Positions 19,197 through 28,148 of a stretch of 64,000 bases of DNA are shown one piece after another; within the stretch, counting starts at the first letter, position 1; each line of letters begins with the position of its first letter. The translations under genes were made by a program, and so were the position numbers. The DNA is taken from contig JAZRZN010000038.1 of NCBI GenBank assembly GCA_045601365.1, positions 2,407-66,406 of the forward strand, read 5' to 3'. This DNA comes from Clostridia bacterium. GTDB lineage: Bacteria > Bacillota > Clostridia > Christensenellales > QALW01. A model generated the notes under the pieces. It saw only the letters and a list, made by a program, of their open reading frames with translations. It was not told the DNA's origin and did not search any database.

Positions 19197-19547
19197 TTAC
19201 AGGTTTTTCTTTGCAACCTCGGCAAGCTGTGCAAATGCAGGTGCATTGTATACTGCAAGCTCCGCAAGCATCTTGCGGTTGATTTCGATACCTGCTTTTT
19301 TAAGACCGCAGATAAGCTTGCTGTAATTAAGACCGTTAAGTCTTGCCGCAGCGTTGATACGGGTTATCCACAACGAACGGAAATCTCTCTTTTTGAGCTT
19401 ACGACCTACGAAAGCGTAAGCCTGAGACTTCATAACGGCTTCATTAGCTATACGGAACTGTCTGCTCTTCGCACCGAAATAACCTTTGGCAAGCTTAAGG
19501 ACCTTCTTATGATTCTTTTTTGTATTGACTGCTCTTTTGATTCTCAT
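19197..19547 (-). CDS. rplT: 50S ribosomal protein L20
   Basis: '[25 protein letters not shown]'. 116 aa. Confidence 0.97.
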   Translation of the reverse strand: MRIKRAVNTKKNHKKVLKLAKGYFGAKSRQFRIANEAVMKSQAYAFVGRKLKKRDFRSLWITRINAAARLNGLNYSKLICGLKKAGIEINRKMLAELAVYNAPAFAQLAEVAKKNL

Positions 19548-19567
19548 TTTTCATTTCCTCCCAAAGC

Positions 19568-19765
19568 TTACTTATAAGGTATCAGCTTGCGAATATTTGC
19601 ACTTTCGCATTCGGCAATATAGCCGCCCTTACGCAGATTTCTCTTTCTTTTTGTTGATTTTTTCGTCAGGATATGGCTTCTGTAAGCCTTGCCTCTCTTG
19701 ACTTTTCCCGTAGCGGTGAGACCGAATCTCTTTGCCGCGCCTCTGTGTGTCTTCATTTTTGGCAT
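19568..19765 (-). CDS. rpmI: 50S ribosomal protein L35
   Basis: '[14 protein letters not shown]'. 65 aa. Confidence 0.97.
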   Translation of the reverse strand: MPKMKTHRGAAKRFGLTATGKVKRGKAYRSHILTKKSTKRKRNLRKGGYIAECESANIRKLIPYK

Positions 19766-19787
19766 AGTACTTTCCTCCTAAAAAGAT

Positions 19788-20291
19788 TTATAGTGCAGAC
19801 ATTATCATTATGAGATTTCTGCCCTCAAGAACGGGCTTCTTCTCAACCTTGGCGTCATCCTTCAACATTTCGCAGAAAATAGACATTATTTGATGACCGA
19901 TCTCCGGGTGTGTTATCTGACGGGCACGGAAACGGATAGATACCTTTACCTTGTCGCCGTCCTTGATAAACTCACGCGCTTTTTTTGCTTTGACCTCCAT
20001 GTCGTGCTTTTCGATAGTGGCGGAAAGCTGGATCTCATGCATGGCTATGACCTTTTGATTCTTCCGTGATTCCTTTTCTCTCTTCTGTGCCTCAAAACGG
20101 TACTTGCCGTAATCCATTATTTTTACTACCGGCGGTACTGCCTTGGGTGAAATAAGGCACAGATCAAGCTCTGCCTGCTCTGCCATCCGTCTTGCCTGAT
20201 CTATCGGAACTACTCCGACCTGACTGCCGTCAGCGGCGATAACGCGGACTTCCTTTTCTCTGATCTCATCATTGATCGCTAATTCTGTAAT
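19788..20291 (-). CDS. infC: Translation initiation factor IF-3, non-canonical ATT start
   Basis: GGAGG lies 8 nt before ATT at 20291. The N-terminus '(M)TELAINDEIREKEVRVI' aligns with IF-3 N-termini. The upstream ATG 20327 lies inside the terminator hairpin and has no RBS. Confidence 0.92.
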   Translation of the reverse strand: MTELAINDEIREKEVRVIAADGSQVGVVPIDQARRMAEQAELDLCLISPKAVPPVVKIMDYGKYRFEAQKREKESRKNQKVIAMHEIQLSATIEKHDMEVKAKKAREFIKDGDKVKVSIRFRARQITHPEIGHQIMSIFCEMLKDDAKVEKKPVLEGRNLIMIMSAL

Positions 20292-20417
20292 GTTGAACAC
20301 CTCCAAATAAAATAATGCGGGCAACATGACACTACCCGCATAAAAAGCTTTATTGGTAACCGTGTGCGGCGCATTTGCCGACAGGTGAGAAGCGGGTAGC
20401 TTCTGCTTTGCATAGAA
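20292..20417 (-). promoter_or_regulatory. L20-leader-like transcription attenuator of infC-rpmI-rplT
   Basis: On the minus strand: hairpin AGAAGC/GCTTCT; CTACCCGC can pair with GCGGGTAG; GCGGGTAG overlaps the 5' arm of terminator ATGCGGG..CCCGCAT, which is followed by TATTTTATTT. Confidence 0.55.
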
Positions 20418-20446
20418 ATGATACTACCGTATCAAAAATTTGTCAA
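20418..20446 (-). promoter_or_regulatory. Sigma-A type promoter of the infC operon
   Basis: On the minus strand: TTGACA, 17 nt spacer, TATCAT. Confidence 0.55.
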
Positions 20447-20455
20447 CTGTTTTTT

Positions 20456-21403
20456 TCAAAAATCTTCCGATTCATCCGTTTCATTGAAATCTGCACGGTA
20501 AAAGCCGCGTGTGCGATGCTCTTTGTCCCTCTTTTTAAGCAATCTTACGACTATTACGGCGGCAAGCGCAACTGTAAGTGCGACGGTCACAGCACCGAAA
20601 ATCAGTGCCGAATCGGTAATAAGCACTTTGACCGTGCCGGATACCAAATAGTATATCGGTGTTTTGACAAGGGCTATATGCGAGGGGATATCGTATATCG
20701 CAAGCATGACGAGCGGAATGAACACGGTTACGAATGCCGTCCACGTTGCACTTAATATGCCGAAAAGCGAATCCGATATTCGCTTTTTGCCGTTGATGGC
20801 TATTCCGAGCGTGATAAGTATTGCAGCTGCCGCCCACAGCGGTATTACCGCGGCGCGTATCCCGTTAAGCTTTGCAATATATTCCGATGCTTTATTTATG
20901 GCTTTTACGGCTACTTCCGGCAAAAACCGCAAAGTATTATTGAGTGTGCGGTTTATATATGTATATACGCCTTCGGCATCTTCGACCGAAACATCGGCTT
21001 GCGCTGCATATTCGTCAAGAGTCTGCATTACTGCGCTGTGCAATGCATCACTTTCAAACGGTTCCGTAAGAAGCTTTTCCTCGGTAAAGAGTGCGGTAAA
21101 TATGACATTTATGTATTCGTGTTCATATCTTATAAGCTTATCCGTACCTGCCGCGTTTATAACGGTTTCGGTAGGTATTTCAACAATGGAACCTATCCCG
21201 TCGAGAGATTTTTCTATCTGCTTTTCTACCGAAGCGTCAAACTCATCGGTAAGCACTGCACGCTTGTAAGTATCGGGCTTCATCCAATATGTGCCTGCCG
21301 TAGTTCCTATCACGGCGCAAAGCAATGTAATGGCAATAAGCACATCTATAATGAAACTCAATATTTTTTTCGGTGTACTTTTTTCGTATGTTTTTTTGCT
21401 CAT
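20456..21403 (-). CDS. Uncharacterised polytopic membrane protein (N-terminal TM, extracytoplasmic domain, C-terminal TM bundle)
   Basis: 315 aa. Last gene of the sortase operon, 4 nt after the sortase stop. No family recognised by eye. Confidence 0.8.
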   Translation of the reverse strand: MSKKTYEKSTPKKILSFIIDVLIAITLLCAVIGTTAGTYWMKPDTYKRAVLTDEFDASVEKQIEKSLDGIGSIVEIPTETVINAAGTDKLIRYEHEYINVIFTALFTEEKLLTEPFESDALHSAVMQTLDEYAAQADVSVEDAEGVYTYINRTLNNTLRFLPEVAVKAINKASEYIAKLNGIRAAVIPLWAAAAILITLGIAINGKKRISDSLFGILSATWTAFVTVFIPLVMLAIYDIPSHIALVKTPIYYLVSGTVKVLITDSALIFGAVTVALTVALAAVIVVRLLKKRDKEHRTRGFYRADFNETDESEDF

Positions 21404-21407
21404 GCCG

Positions 21408-22124
21408 TCACCTCCATACGGGATCGCTGAGGTCTTCCTGCAATTCAGCGGTGATCGCTATGCGCTTCGTGCGGTACGGTCCCTGCTTGGGGTAGCAGGT
21501 GTATACCGTGAGCATATCACTGCCGGAGCGCAATATATAAGATGTGTCATCGGCTTCAAAAACATCCTTGGAAGTAACCTTGTAAACGTACTTGCCGTAA
21601 GAGGCATTGATGGTTATAAGCTCGCCGAGCGGTATATCTTCAAGATTATACAGTCCGTTTGCTTTATTGCGGTTTACATGGAACGATATCACGCAATTAC
21701 CGCCCTGACCGGGGAAGGTCGAAAAGAAGAAATGACCGAGTCCGAGATCAAGCACATCGGCGGTATCACCGTTATATATGGGTACATCTTTTGTGCCGAG
21801 ACATTCGACGGTTATCGTACCCCACTGAGACGCCCACGGATAATACGGGAATTCAGCGGCATCATAATACACCTTCGCGCCGTCTTCACCGTTTTCGGTC
21901 TTTTTGTTCGGTGTAAAAAACTCAAAATCGACATCCTCATATGTAAGCTCATCACTTTCGCTGCCTGACATTAAGGCGTGCCAAAGAGTTGAAGGCTCTA
22001 TGTAGGTACTGAAAACAAAAACGCAAATAAGACAAATTGCCGTACCGTACAAAATAAAGGGCGTGATGAGCATCAAAAGCTGCCCTGTCACGCCGTATTT
22101 GCGTTTCTTTACGCCATCAGCCAT
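21408..22124 (-). CDS. Sortase family transpeptidase
   Basis: N-terminal TM. His 'VISFHVN', Cys 'MLTVYTCYP' (TLxTC-like) and Arg 'KRIAITAEL'. Overlaps the upstream gene by 8 nt. Confidence 0.9.
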   Translation of the reverse strand: MADGVKKRKYGVTGQLLMLITPFILYGTAICLICVFVFSTYIEPSTLWHALMSGSESDELTYEDVDFEFFTPNKKTENGEDGAKVYYDAAEFPYYPWASQWGTITVECLGTKDVPIYNGDTADVLDLGLGHFFFSTFPGQGGNCVISFHVNRNKANGLYNLEDIPLGELITINASYGKYVYKVTSKDVFEADDTSYILRSGSDMLTVYTCYPKQGPYRTKRIAITAELQEDLSDPVWR

Positions 22125-22659
22125 TTGCTTCCGATTTTTTGCGGAAGATGATCACAGCTGCCGCAGATGCAAGTGCAAGCGTAGCCCCGGCAACACAAAG
22201 ATATGCGGGATTGAATTCGGAACCTGTCTTGGCCACGAGCTTTTCGCCGTCATAAACCATTGCCACTTTACCGTCCTCATTGAACACTTGCATTTCAACT
22301 GATCCGTTGCCGTTGCTTTCGATTTTGTAAGAATAACCTGTGATGGCACTGGCTTGATCCATGAGCTTCAATATCTCTTTTTTCTGCTCGGTAGTATAAG
22401 AATCTGCTGTAAGACCGCTACCTGTAGGTACGATATCATTTGCTTTATCTGCGATCACAAGGAGCTTGTCGATCTCATCCGATGAAAGATCGATCTTCTT
22501 GATTTCGGCAACAATGCTGTTGTAAAGACCTTCATTATCGCGAACCACCGGGATTTCCTTTATCGCTGCGATAAGCTGATCCTTTGAAGCTGCCGAAACG
22601 GTCATCATGCTACAGGCAAGCACTGCCAATATTGTAAGAACAACTATGAGTTTCTTCAT
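22117..22659 (-). CDS. Secreted protein with a C-terminal cell-wall sorting signal (putative sortase substrate)
   Basis: ATG 22659 lies 8 nt after AAAGGA. Signal peptide '..MMTVSA|AS'. C-terminus is 'LVAKTG', then a hydrophobic stretch 'AYLCVAGATLALASAAAVIIF', then 'RKKSE'. Confidence 0.85.
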   Translation of the reverse strand: MKKLIVVLTILAVLACSMMTVSAASKDQLIAAIKEIPVVRDNEGLYNSIVAEIKKIDLSSDEIDKLLVIADKANDIVPTGSGLTADSYTTEQKKEILKLMDQASAITGYSYKIESNGNGSVEMQVFNEDGKVAMVYDGEKLVAKTGSEFNPAYLCVAGATLALASAAAVIIFRKKSEANG

Positions 22660-22710
22660 TTTCAACATCCTTTCGTCTATAAAAACTCAATATAATCTTG
22701 ATACACAGTT

Positions 22711-22740
22711 ATTTTATCATATCCGTTGCTTTACTGTCAA
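22711..22740 (-). promoter_or_regulatory. Candidate promoter of the sortase operon
   Basis: On the minus strand: TTGACA, 18 nt spacer, TAAAAT. Confidence 0.45.
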
Positions 22741-22783
22741 CATATTTTTTTTGTTTTTTTTGATTTTTATACATCGAACGCGC

Positions 22784-23599
22784 CTAAAAACTCATATTGT
22801 TTTTACTTTGTTCCGTTCTGTAATCCGTAGGCGAGCATCCGTATTCTTTCTTGAATGCGTGGCTGAATGCATAAATGTCGTCAAAGCCGAGATGCTGTGC
22901 GATCTCACCGACATTCATATCGGAGAGTGCGAGCATGTTGCACGCATCACGCAGACGAAGCATGTTTTTATATTTGACGGGTGACACACCGAACGCAGAT
23001 ACAAACAGCCGACGGAACTGCGATACGCTCAAGCCGCACATTTTAGCAAGATCGTCTATATCGACAGCCTCGGCATAGTGGCTGTTCAGATGTTCGACCG
23101 CTTTTGATATCCTGTTTACCGAAGGATATCTGTTGCTGTGTGCCGAAAAATATTCTCCGATAAGCGAATACAACAAAGAAAGCAGTGTAAATTCATCTTC
23201 TTTTCGCTTCATTGAATATACTGCCGACAATTCGCGGAACGTTGAATCGAGCTTGGCGGGCATGCTTTTTAAGTACATCGCTTCATCACAGAGCTTCACC
23301 GGCTTTGAATCTTTTGTAATGGCGAATTCTACCTGTATGCATTCGGTATCGGGTGTTAGTACCGTAAAAACAAATTCAAGCTCTATCGGAAGAAATATCG
23401 CCTGAGATGCACCGATACAGTATTTTCTTTTCTCCGTTGTGATGGAAAGCTCCCCGGAAAGCACATATATCACCGTATTCATCACTTTGCGTTTTCTGAC
23501 AAGTTCTTTATATATAGGGTAATATATTTGTGCAAAGATCTGTGTGACCGTATAACCGTTGCTTATACCGTTGTAATTATAGTTTATCACTTTTATCAC
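22784..23599 (-). CDS. AraC family transcriptional regulator
   Basis: Cupin-like N-terminus plus C-terminal HTH pair 'LSVSQFRRLF...IYAFSHAFKKEYGCSPTDY'. Confidence 0.9.
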   Translation of the reverse strand: MIKVINYNYNGISNGYTVTQIFAQIYYPIYKELVRKRKVMNTVIYVLSGELSITTEKRKYCIGASQAIFLPIELEFVFTVLTPDTECIQVEFAITKDSKPVKLCDEAMYLKSMPAKLDSTFRELSAVYSMKRKEDEFTLLSLLYSLIGEYFSAHSNRYPSVNRISKAVEHLNSHYAEAVDIDDLAKMCGLSVSQFRRLFVSAFGVSPVKYKNMLRLRDACNMLALSDMNVGEIAQHLGFDDIYAFSHAFKKEYGCSPTDYRTEQSKNNMSF

Positions 23600-23678
23600 C
23601 GATCATATTGTACCGCATATGCTTTGGTACGTCAACACCCGATGCGCGAAAATTACAAATAATTGATTTTTTTTTACA

Positions 23679-23707
23679 TTGAAATCGCATAGCACAGTGA
23701 TTACAAT
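23679..23707 (+). promoter_or_regulatory. Candidate promoter of the GH140-like gene
   Basis: TTGAAA, 17 nt spacer, TACAAT, about 115 nt upstream of ATG 23824. Confidence 0.4.
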
Positions 23708-23823
23708 ATAAACTGTTGAGTATGTCAGCATATTTGTTTTTATATGCTTGTTGTTTGTTTTTATAGCTTGAAATACAAATTTTGCCGTGATAAAATATAC
23801 TCGCAATATAAAGGAGGTAAAAA

Positions 23824-26214
23824 ATGAAAAAATTTCTGTCACTCATGCTCATTTCGGTGCTTCTGTTTTCCGTGTGCGCATGCTCCTCTCCAAACGGCGG
23901 AGGCAGTGATACCGAAAAAACACCCGAGAGCCCCGAACCCGATATTCTTGCTACCGCAACTCCGGCTCCGAATCCCGTCAAGCCGGTAGAAAAGGAGGAA
24001 AATAACAAAAGTGAGGTCGAATATACGCTTGTCAATATAATAGATGAGAAGAATTCGACATTCGACAGCGCCAAATCGACCGGCGATCTTGCGTGGAAAG
24101 CTCCGTTCGGCGGGAAACTTGAGCTTACGGAACGCGAGGAACACGGCAAAAGCCTGACGCTTTCGGATTTTACCGTGGATTACGCAACGCCTGCGATCAA
24201 TATGTATCCTTATATCAAGGAACACGGTGCGGGTGACTATTCCGTGCAGTTCGAAGCGCTTCTTGAGGGCGATGACCTTATCGGCTCACCGTTCACGATA
24301 GCCATACGCGGCAGCGGCGCAAAGGATGAAAACACCTTTATCATGGAGCATGGCGGTAATTATTATTATACCGTCACCCCGGTAGTGGATGGCGATATCG
24401 GCGATTGGCAAACGGTAAGCTTTGAATTCACCGTTGAGGAAGAAGATATCGACAGTAACGCACATACATGGAATCTGTGCGTACATCACGTCAACAAAGC
24501 CGCAAAGACGATAACATTCGATAACGTACAGCTCGGTTTCTATGAAGAAGGCGAAGCACCCAAGGAGAAGGAGGTATTACCTGTGGAAGCACAGACTTGG
24601 CTTGCGAACGAAATAACACTCGTTTCGGAGAAAGAATACAAAAAACCCGTAGCAGATGCACTGCTCGACCTTAAAATATCAAACGGGAAAACGGAATACA
24701 CCGTGCCCGGCTTCTGGGACGGCGGAACGACTTGGCGCATCCGCTTCATGCTCCCCGAGGCGGGTACATGGACATATGAGACCGTATGCTCCGATGCATC
24801 GAACACGAAGCTTCACGGCAGAAAAGGTACTGTGAACTGCACCGCGTATACGGGCGATCTTGATATCTACAAGCATGGCTTCATCAAGACCGAGCCGAAC
24901 ACGAAATACTTTATGTATAACGACGGTACTCCGTTCTTCTATTTGGGCGATACGCACTGGAACTTCCTTACCGAGGAATACGATTCCGCAGGCACGGCAG
25001 GCAAGGGAACAGATATCCCGTCGCACTTCAAATACATCATCAATAAGCGTGTATCGCAGGGCTACACCGTATATCAGACAGAGCCCATAGGCGCATCATT
25101 CGATATAACCAACGGCATCAATCAAAGTGATATTCCCGGCTTTCAGCAGGCGGATAAGTATTTTGCCTACATCGCAAAGCAGGGGCTTGTACACGCCAAC
25201 GCACAGTTCTTCTTCCCCTCATCGCTTGTCCAAATGGTACAAAAGGATAACTATGAAGAACTGCTTGAGCAGGCTACACGTTATTGGGTAGCACGCTGGA
25301 GCTGTTATCCCGTGCTTTGGACGCTCGGTCAGGAGGTCGATAATGAGGCATACTTCTTAAAAACGCAGAACGGCGGATATGCGCTCAAATATAAGAGCAT
25401 ATATCCGTACAAGCTTATTTGTGAGTGGCTCGATAAATACGACCCCTACAAGCATCCGATCTCCGCACATCAGGAGGGAAGCAGTGATATCACAAAGCCC
25501 ACAGCGGCATTCAATTCCGATTTCCTTGATGTAAAAGGACATACATGGTGGGCGACGCAGTGGAAGCCCCGCTTGAATCAGCCGCTTGACTTCTCGTCTG
25601 CCGTGGATTATTACACCAACGGTCAGGGCAAGCCGATAGTTATGTACGAGGGCAGATACGACAGCTTCTGGACAAACGAATGGGGTGCCAGAGTGCAGGG
25701 CTGGATATCGTTCCTGAACGGTATGTGCGGTCACGGCTACGGCGCAACGGATATGTGGCTCTATAACGGCAGTTACGATATGGAAAACGACACCGTGCGC
25801 GACGACATACGCATAACCGTCGCCGAAAAACGCATACCGTGGACACAGGCACTTGAGTTGCCCGCAGGCTATCAGATGCAGTACATGAAGGAGTTTTTTG
25901 AAAAAATCGAGTGGTGGAAGCTCGTTCCGTGCTTTGCCAACAAGGCTTATTTCAGCGCCGCCGACGGCATATATTACTCCGCCGCGACTATTGACGGTAA
26001 CGGCACTTATGTAGCTTATTTTTACGATTTGAAGAGCAAGGCAACGGGCACGCTCAACGGGCTTGACGCATCAAGCGAATACACATATCAGTGGTTCAAT
26101 CCGCGCACGAACGTGATAAGCAATCCTAAGCCTTTCAAGGCGACGAACGGCTCATACGATATCGGTGAGCGTCCGAGCGCCGAGGATTGGGTATTCATTG
26201 CCAAGAAAAAATAG
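23824..26214 (+). CDS. Lipoprotein glycoside hydrolase, DUF5060 + DUF4038 (GH140-like) with an N-terminal CBM-like module
   Basis: AAGGAGG RBS. Lipobox 'LLFSVCAC' and a Pro/Glu-rich linker. 'ITFDNVQLGF' looks like a CBM end. 'FWDGGTTWRIRFMLPEAGTWTYE' is DUF5060-like. 'PFFYLGDTHWNF' is DUF4038-like. Confidence 0.78.
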   Translation: MKKFLSLMLISVLLFSVCACSSPNGGGSDTEKTPESPEPDILATATPAPNPVKPVEKEENNKSEVEYTLVNIIDEKNSTFDSAKSTGDLAWKAPFGGKLELTEREEHGKSLTLSDFTVDYATPAINMYPYIKEHGAGDYSVQFEALLEGDDLIGSPFTIAIRGSGAKDENTFIMEHGGNYYYTVTPVVDGDIGDWQTVSFEFTVEEEDIDSNAHTWNLCVHHVNKAAKTITFDNVQLGFYEEGEAPKEKEVLPVEAQTWLANEITLVSEKEYKKPVADALLDLKISNGKTEYTVPGFWDGGTTWRIRFMLPEAGTWTYETVCSDASNTKLHGRKGTVNCTAYTGDLDIYKHGFIKTEPNTKYFMYNDGTPFFYLGDTHWNFLTEEYDSAGTAGKGTDIPSHFKYIINKRVSQGYTVYQTEPIGASFDITNGINQSDIPGFQQADKYFAYIAKQGLVHANAQFFFPSSLVQMVQKDNYEELLEQATRYWVARWSCYPVLWTLGQEVDNEAYFLKTQNGGYALKYKSIYPYKLICEWLDKYDPYKHPISAHQEGSSDITKPTAAFNSDFLDVKGHTWWATQWKPRLNQPLDFSSAVDYYTNGQGKPIVMYEGRYDSFWTNEWGARVQGWISFLNGMCGHGYGATDMWLYNGSYDMENDTVRDDIRITVAEKRIPWTQALELPAGYQMQYMKEFFEKIEWWKLVPCFANKAYFSAADGIYYSAATIDGNGTYVAYFYDLKSKATGTLNGLDASSEYTYQWFNPRTNVISNPKPFKATNGSYDIGERPSAEDWVFIAKKK

Positions 26215-26241
26215 TTTTCCGTCTTTTACGAATAAAAAATT

Positions 26242-26277
26242 TCCGTTCCTCTCAATGCAAGGGGGACGGATGTTTTT
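26242..26277 (+). terminator. Rho-independent terminator
   Basis: TCCGTTCCTC, 9 nt loop, GGGGGACGGA (10 bp including G-U pairs), then TGTTTTTA. Confidence 0.65.
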
Positions 26278-26341
26278 ATCTCAAGAATTATTTCCTGCAA
26301 AAGCCGTATCGAAAAATACAAATGCCGTGCTGAATTTTACA

Positions 26342-26370
26342 TTGAATTTATTTTGAATGTATTGTATAAT
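26342..26370 (+). promoter_or_regulatory. Sigma-A type promoter of the NagB-family gene
   Basis: TTGAAT, 17 nt spacer, TATAAT. Confidence 0.5.
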
Positions 26371-26398
26371 TAAATAAATAAGAAAGGCAGGCATCAAT

Positions 26399-27196
26399 AT
26401 GGTACAGACAATAAATAACATAAAGGTAAAAGGCGTAAAATCCCAATGGGACGTGTTTTTTGACATGGCGCTTGAAATGCTTGATACGATAATGGAAAAC
26501 AACAAGCTCGGCAAAAAGACGGTAATGATCGTACCCGTCGGACCGACGGCGCAGTATCCGATACTCGCGCGTCTTGTCAATCAGCTTCATGTGTCGCTTA
26601 AGGATGTGTATTTCTTCAATATGGACGAGTATCTTGTTTCGCCGGATAAAGCCATTGATCCGAACGATCCGCTGAGCTTTCATAAGAGAATGAACGATGA
26701 ATTCTATTCTCTTGTTTCTCCCGAGCTTGTAATGCCGGAATCACAGAGGTTTTTCCCTGCGCCGGGCAAAGAAAAGGAATATGATGAGCTTATCGAAAAG
26801 CTCGGCGGTGCAGATCTCTGCTTGGGCGGATTGGGCATCAACGGACATGTTGCGTTCAATGAACCGCCCGAAGAGGACGACCCGATAACCAAAGATGAGT
26901 TCGCCGCACTTGGTACGCGGGTGTTGCGTATAACACGCGAAACGCGCACCATAAACGCCAACGGATATCTTAAGGGCGATATAGCCGCCATGCCTAAATG
27001 GTGCATAACCGTAGGTATGAAGCAGATACTCGCCTCAAAGAAAATATATATAGCACTGAATGTCGCATGGCAGCAGGGAATATTCAAAAGAGTCCTCTTT
27101 GATGAAATTTGCCCTCAAAGACCTTCAAGTCTGCTCCGCGAACACGGTGACGTGACATTTTGCATGACCGACGAATTTGTCGGAGCGCTTAAGTGA
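26399..27196 (+). CDS. Glucosamine-6-phosphate deaminase/isomerase family protein
   Basis: 'FFNMDEY' and 'GLGINGHVAFNEPP' are NagB catalytic motifs. 265 aa. Confidence 0.88.
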   Translation: MVQTINNIKVKGVKSQWDVFFDMALEMLDTIMENNKLGKKTVMIVPVGPTAQYPILARLVNQLHVSLKDVYFFNMDEYLVSPDKAIDPNDPLSFHKRMNDEFYSLVSPELVMPESQRFFPAPGKEKEYDELIEKLGGADLCLGGLGINGHVAFNEPPEEDDPITKDEFAALGTRVLRITRETRTINANGYLKGDIAAMPKWCITVGMKQILASKKIYIALNVAWQQGIFKRVLFDEICPQRPSSLLREHGDVTFCMTDEFVGALK

Positions 27197-27224
27197 TTTT
27201 TTACAAAAAGAAAAACAGTATTCA

Positions 27225-27261
27225 AAAACCGACAGGCTCTTCCCGGGCTTGTCGGTTTTTT
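27225..27261 (+). terminator. Rho-independent terminator
   Basis: AAAACCGACAGGC, loop, GCTTGTCGGTTTTTT. Confidence 0.7.
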
Positions 27262-27366
27262 GCAGTATAATAAGAAAGCTTCAATTCCGAAAAAATGTGA
27301 GTAAGTGTTAAATTCGTAATGCGTAGAACAAACAGTCACATCTTATGCCGATTCGATAAACGGGAA

Positions 27367-27876
27367 TTATCGTTTCTTCCATGTCAAAATGATCCCAACG
27401 ACTGTTCCGATCAGGACAATCGGAGCCACTCTGAAAAAGATCCACGAAAACGCATGAATGAATGTTCCCATGATTGCGGTTTCGGGATCGCCGTAATCCC
27501 AGGCAAAGTATACATTATCTGTTAAAGCCAAAGCAGTGAAGATAATTACGGTCATTGCAAACAACGCGATAAAGACCCAAAGGAGCATTCTCATTCTTGA
27601 CATTTTCCTTTGTGAAAGTTGCAGGTTGATGACTTCAAGCTTTTCCGAAATTGCTTTCAGGTCGTCGGCTTTCGGCTCGGTAACGGATTCTCCGAGCAAA
27701 GTACTGACTGACGTTTCAAAGACTTCCGATAATGAAATCAGCATATCTGCATCCGGCACCGACAAGCCTTGTTCCCATTTGGAAACCGTTTGACGTACCA
27801 CATTGAGCTTGATGGCAAGCTCTTCCTGCGAGAGACCTTTGGATTTTCTGAGCGTTTTAATGTTTTCACTTAGCAT
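27367..27876 (-). CDS. XRE-family HTH regulator with C-terminal transmembrane segments
   Basis: ATG 27876 follows GAAGG. 'LRKSKGLSQEELAIKLNVVRQTVSKWEQG' HTH, followed by two or three TM helices. Confidence 0.85.
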   Translation of the reverse strand: MLSENIKTLRKSKGLSQEELAIKLNVVRQTVSKWEQGLSVPDADMLISLSEVFETSVSTLLGESVTEPKADDLKAISEKLEVINLQLSQRKMSRMRMLLWVFIALFAMTVIIFTALALTDNVYFAWDYGDPETAIMGTFIHAFSWIFFRVAPIVLIGTVVGIILTWKKR

Positions 27877-28002
27877 AGCGGATGACCTTCTTTCTTGTTT
27901 GTTGCCATTATTATACGGGAGATCATCCGTTGCCGCAAGCAACGCAAGTTAACATTGGCACTGATTCCGACAAATCAAAGATCTGATTCGGATTTTCGGG
28001 CA

Positions 28003-28040
28003 TAAAAACAGGACTGCAATCTTTCTCAAAATTGCAATCC
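28003..28040 (-). terminator. Terminator of the tRNA gene
   Basis: On the minus strand: GGATTGCAAT, loop, ATTGCAGTCC, followed by TGTTTTTAT. Confidence 0.6.
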
Positions 28041-28045
28041 ATGTT

Positions 28046-28130
28046 TGGTGCGAATGAAGGGACTTGAACCCTTACGTCTGTTGACACATGATCCTTAGTC
28101 ATGCCTGTCTGCCAATTCCAGCACACTCGC
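28046..28130 (-). tRNA. tRNA-Leu, anticodon 5'-AAG-3' (A at wobble position 34), CCA encoded
   Basis: 85 nt cloverleaf folded by hand. Acceptor GCGAGTG/CATTCGC, D stem CTG/CAG, anticodon stem CATGA/TCATG with loop CTAAGGA, long variable arm GTC-AACA-GAC, T arm AAGGG-TTCAAGT-CCCTT, A73, CCA. Confidence 0.92.
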
Positions 28131-28148
28131 GATTCATTTAACGCATTT

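Noticed and set aside
22420-22431. An internal 'IVPTGSG' in the secreted protein, as a possible sorting motif.
   Set aside because: It lies mid-protein with no following hydrophobic helix or basic tail. Only the C-terminal 'LVAKTG' has the full tripartite signal.
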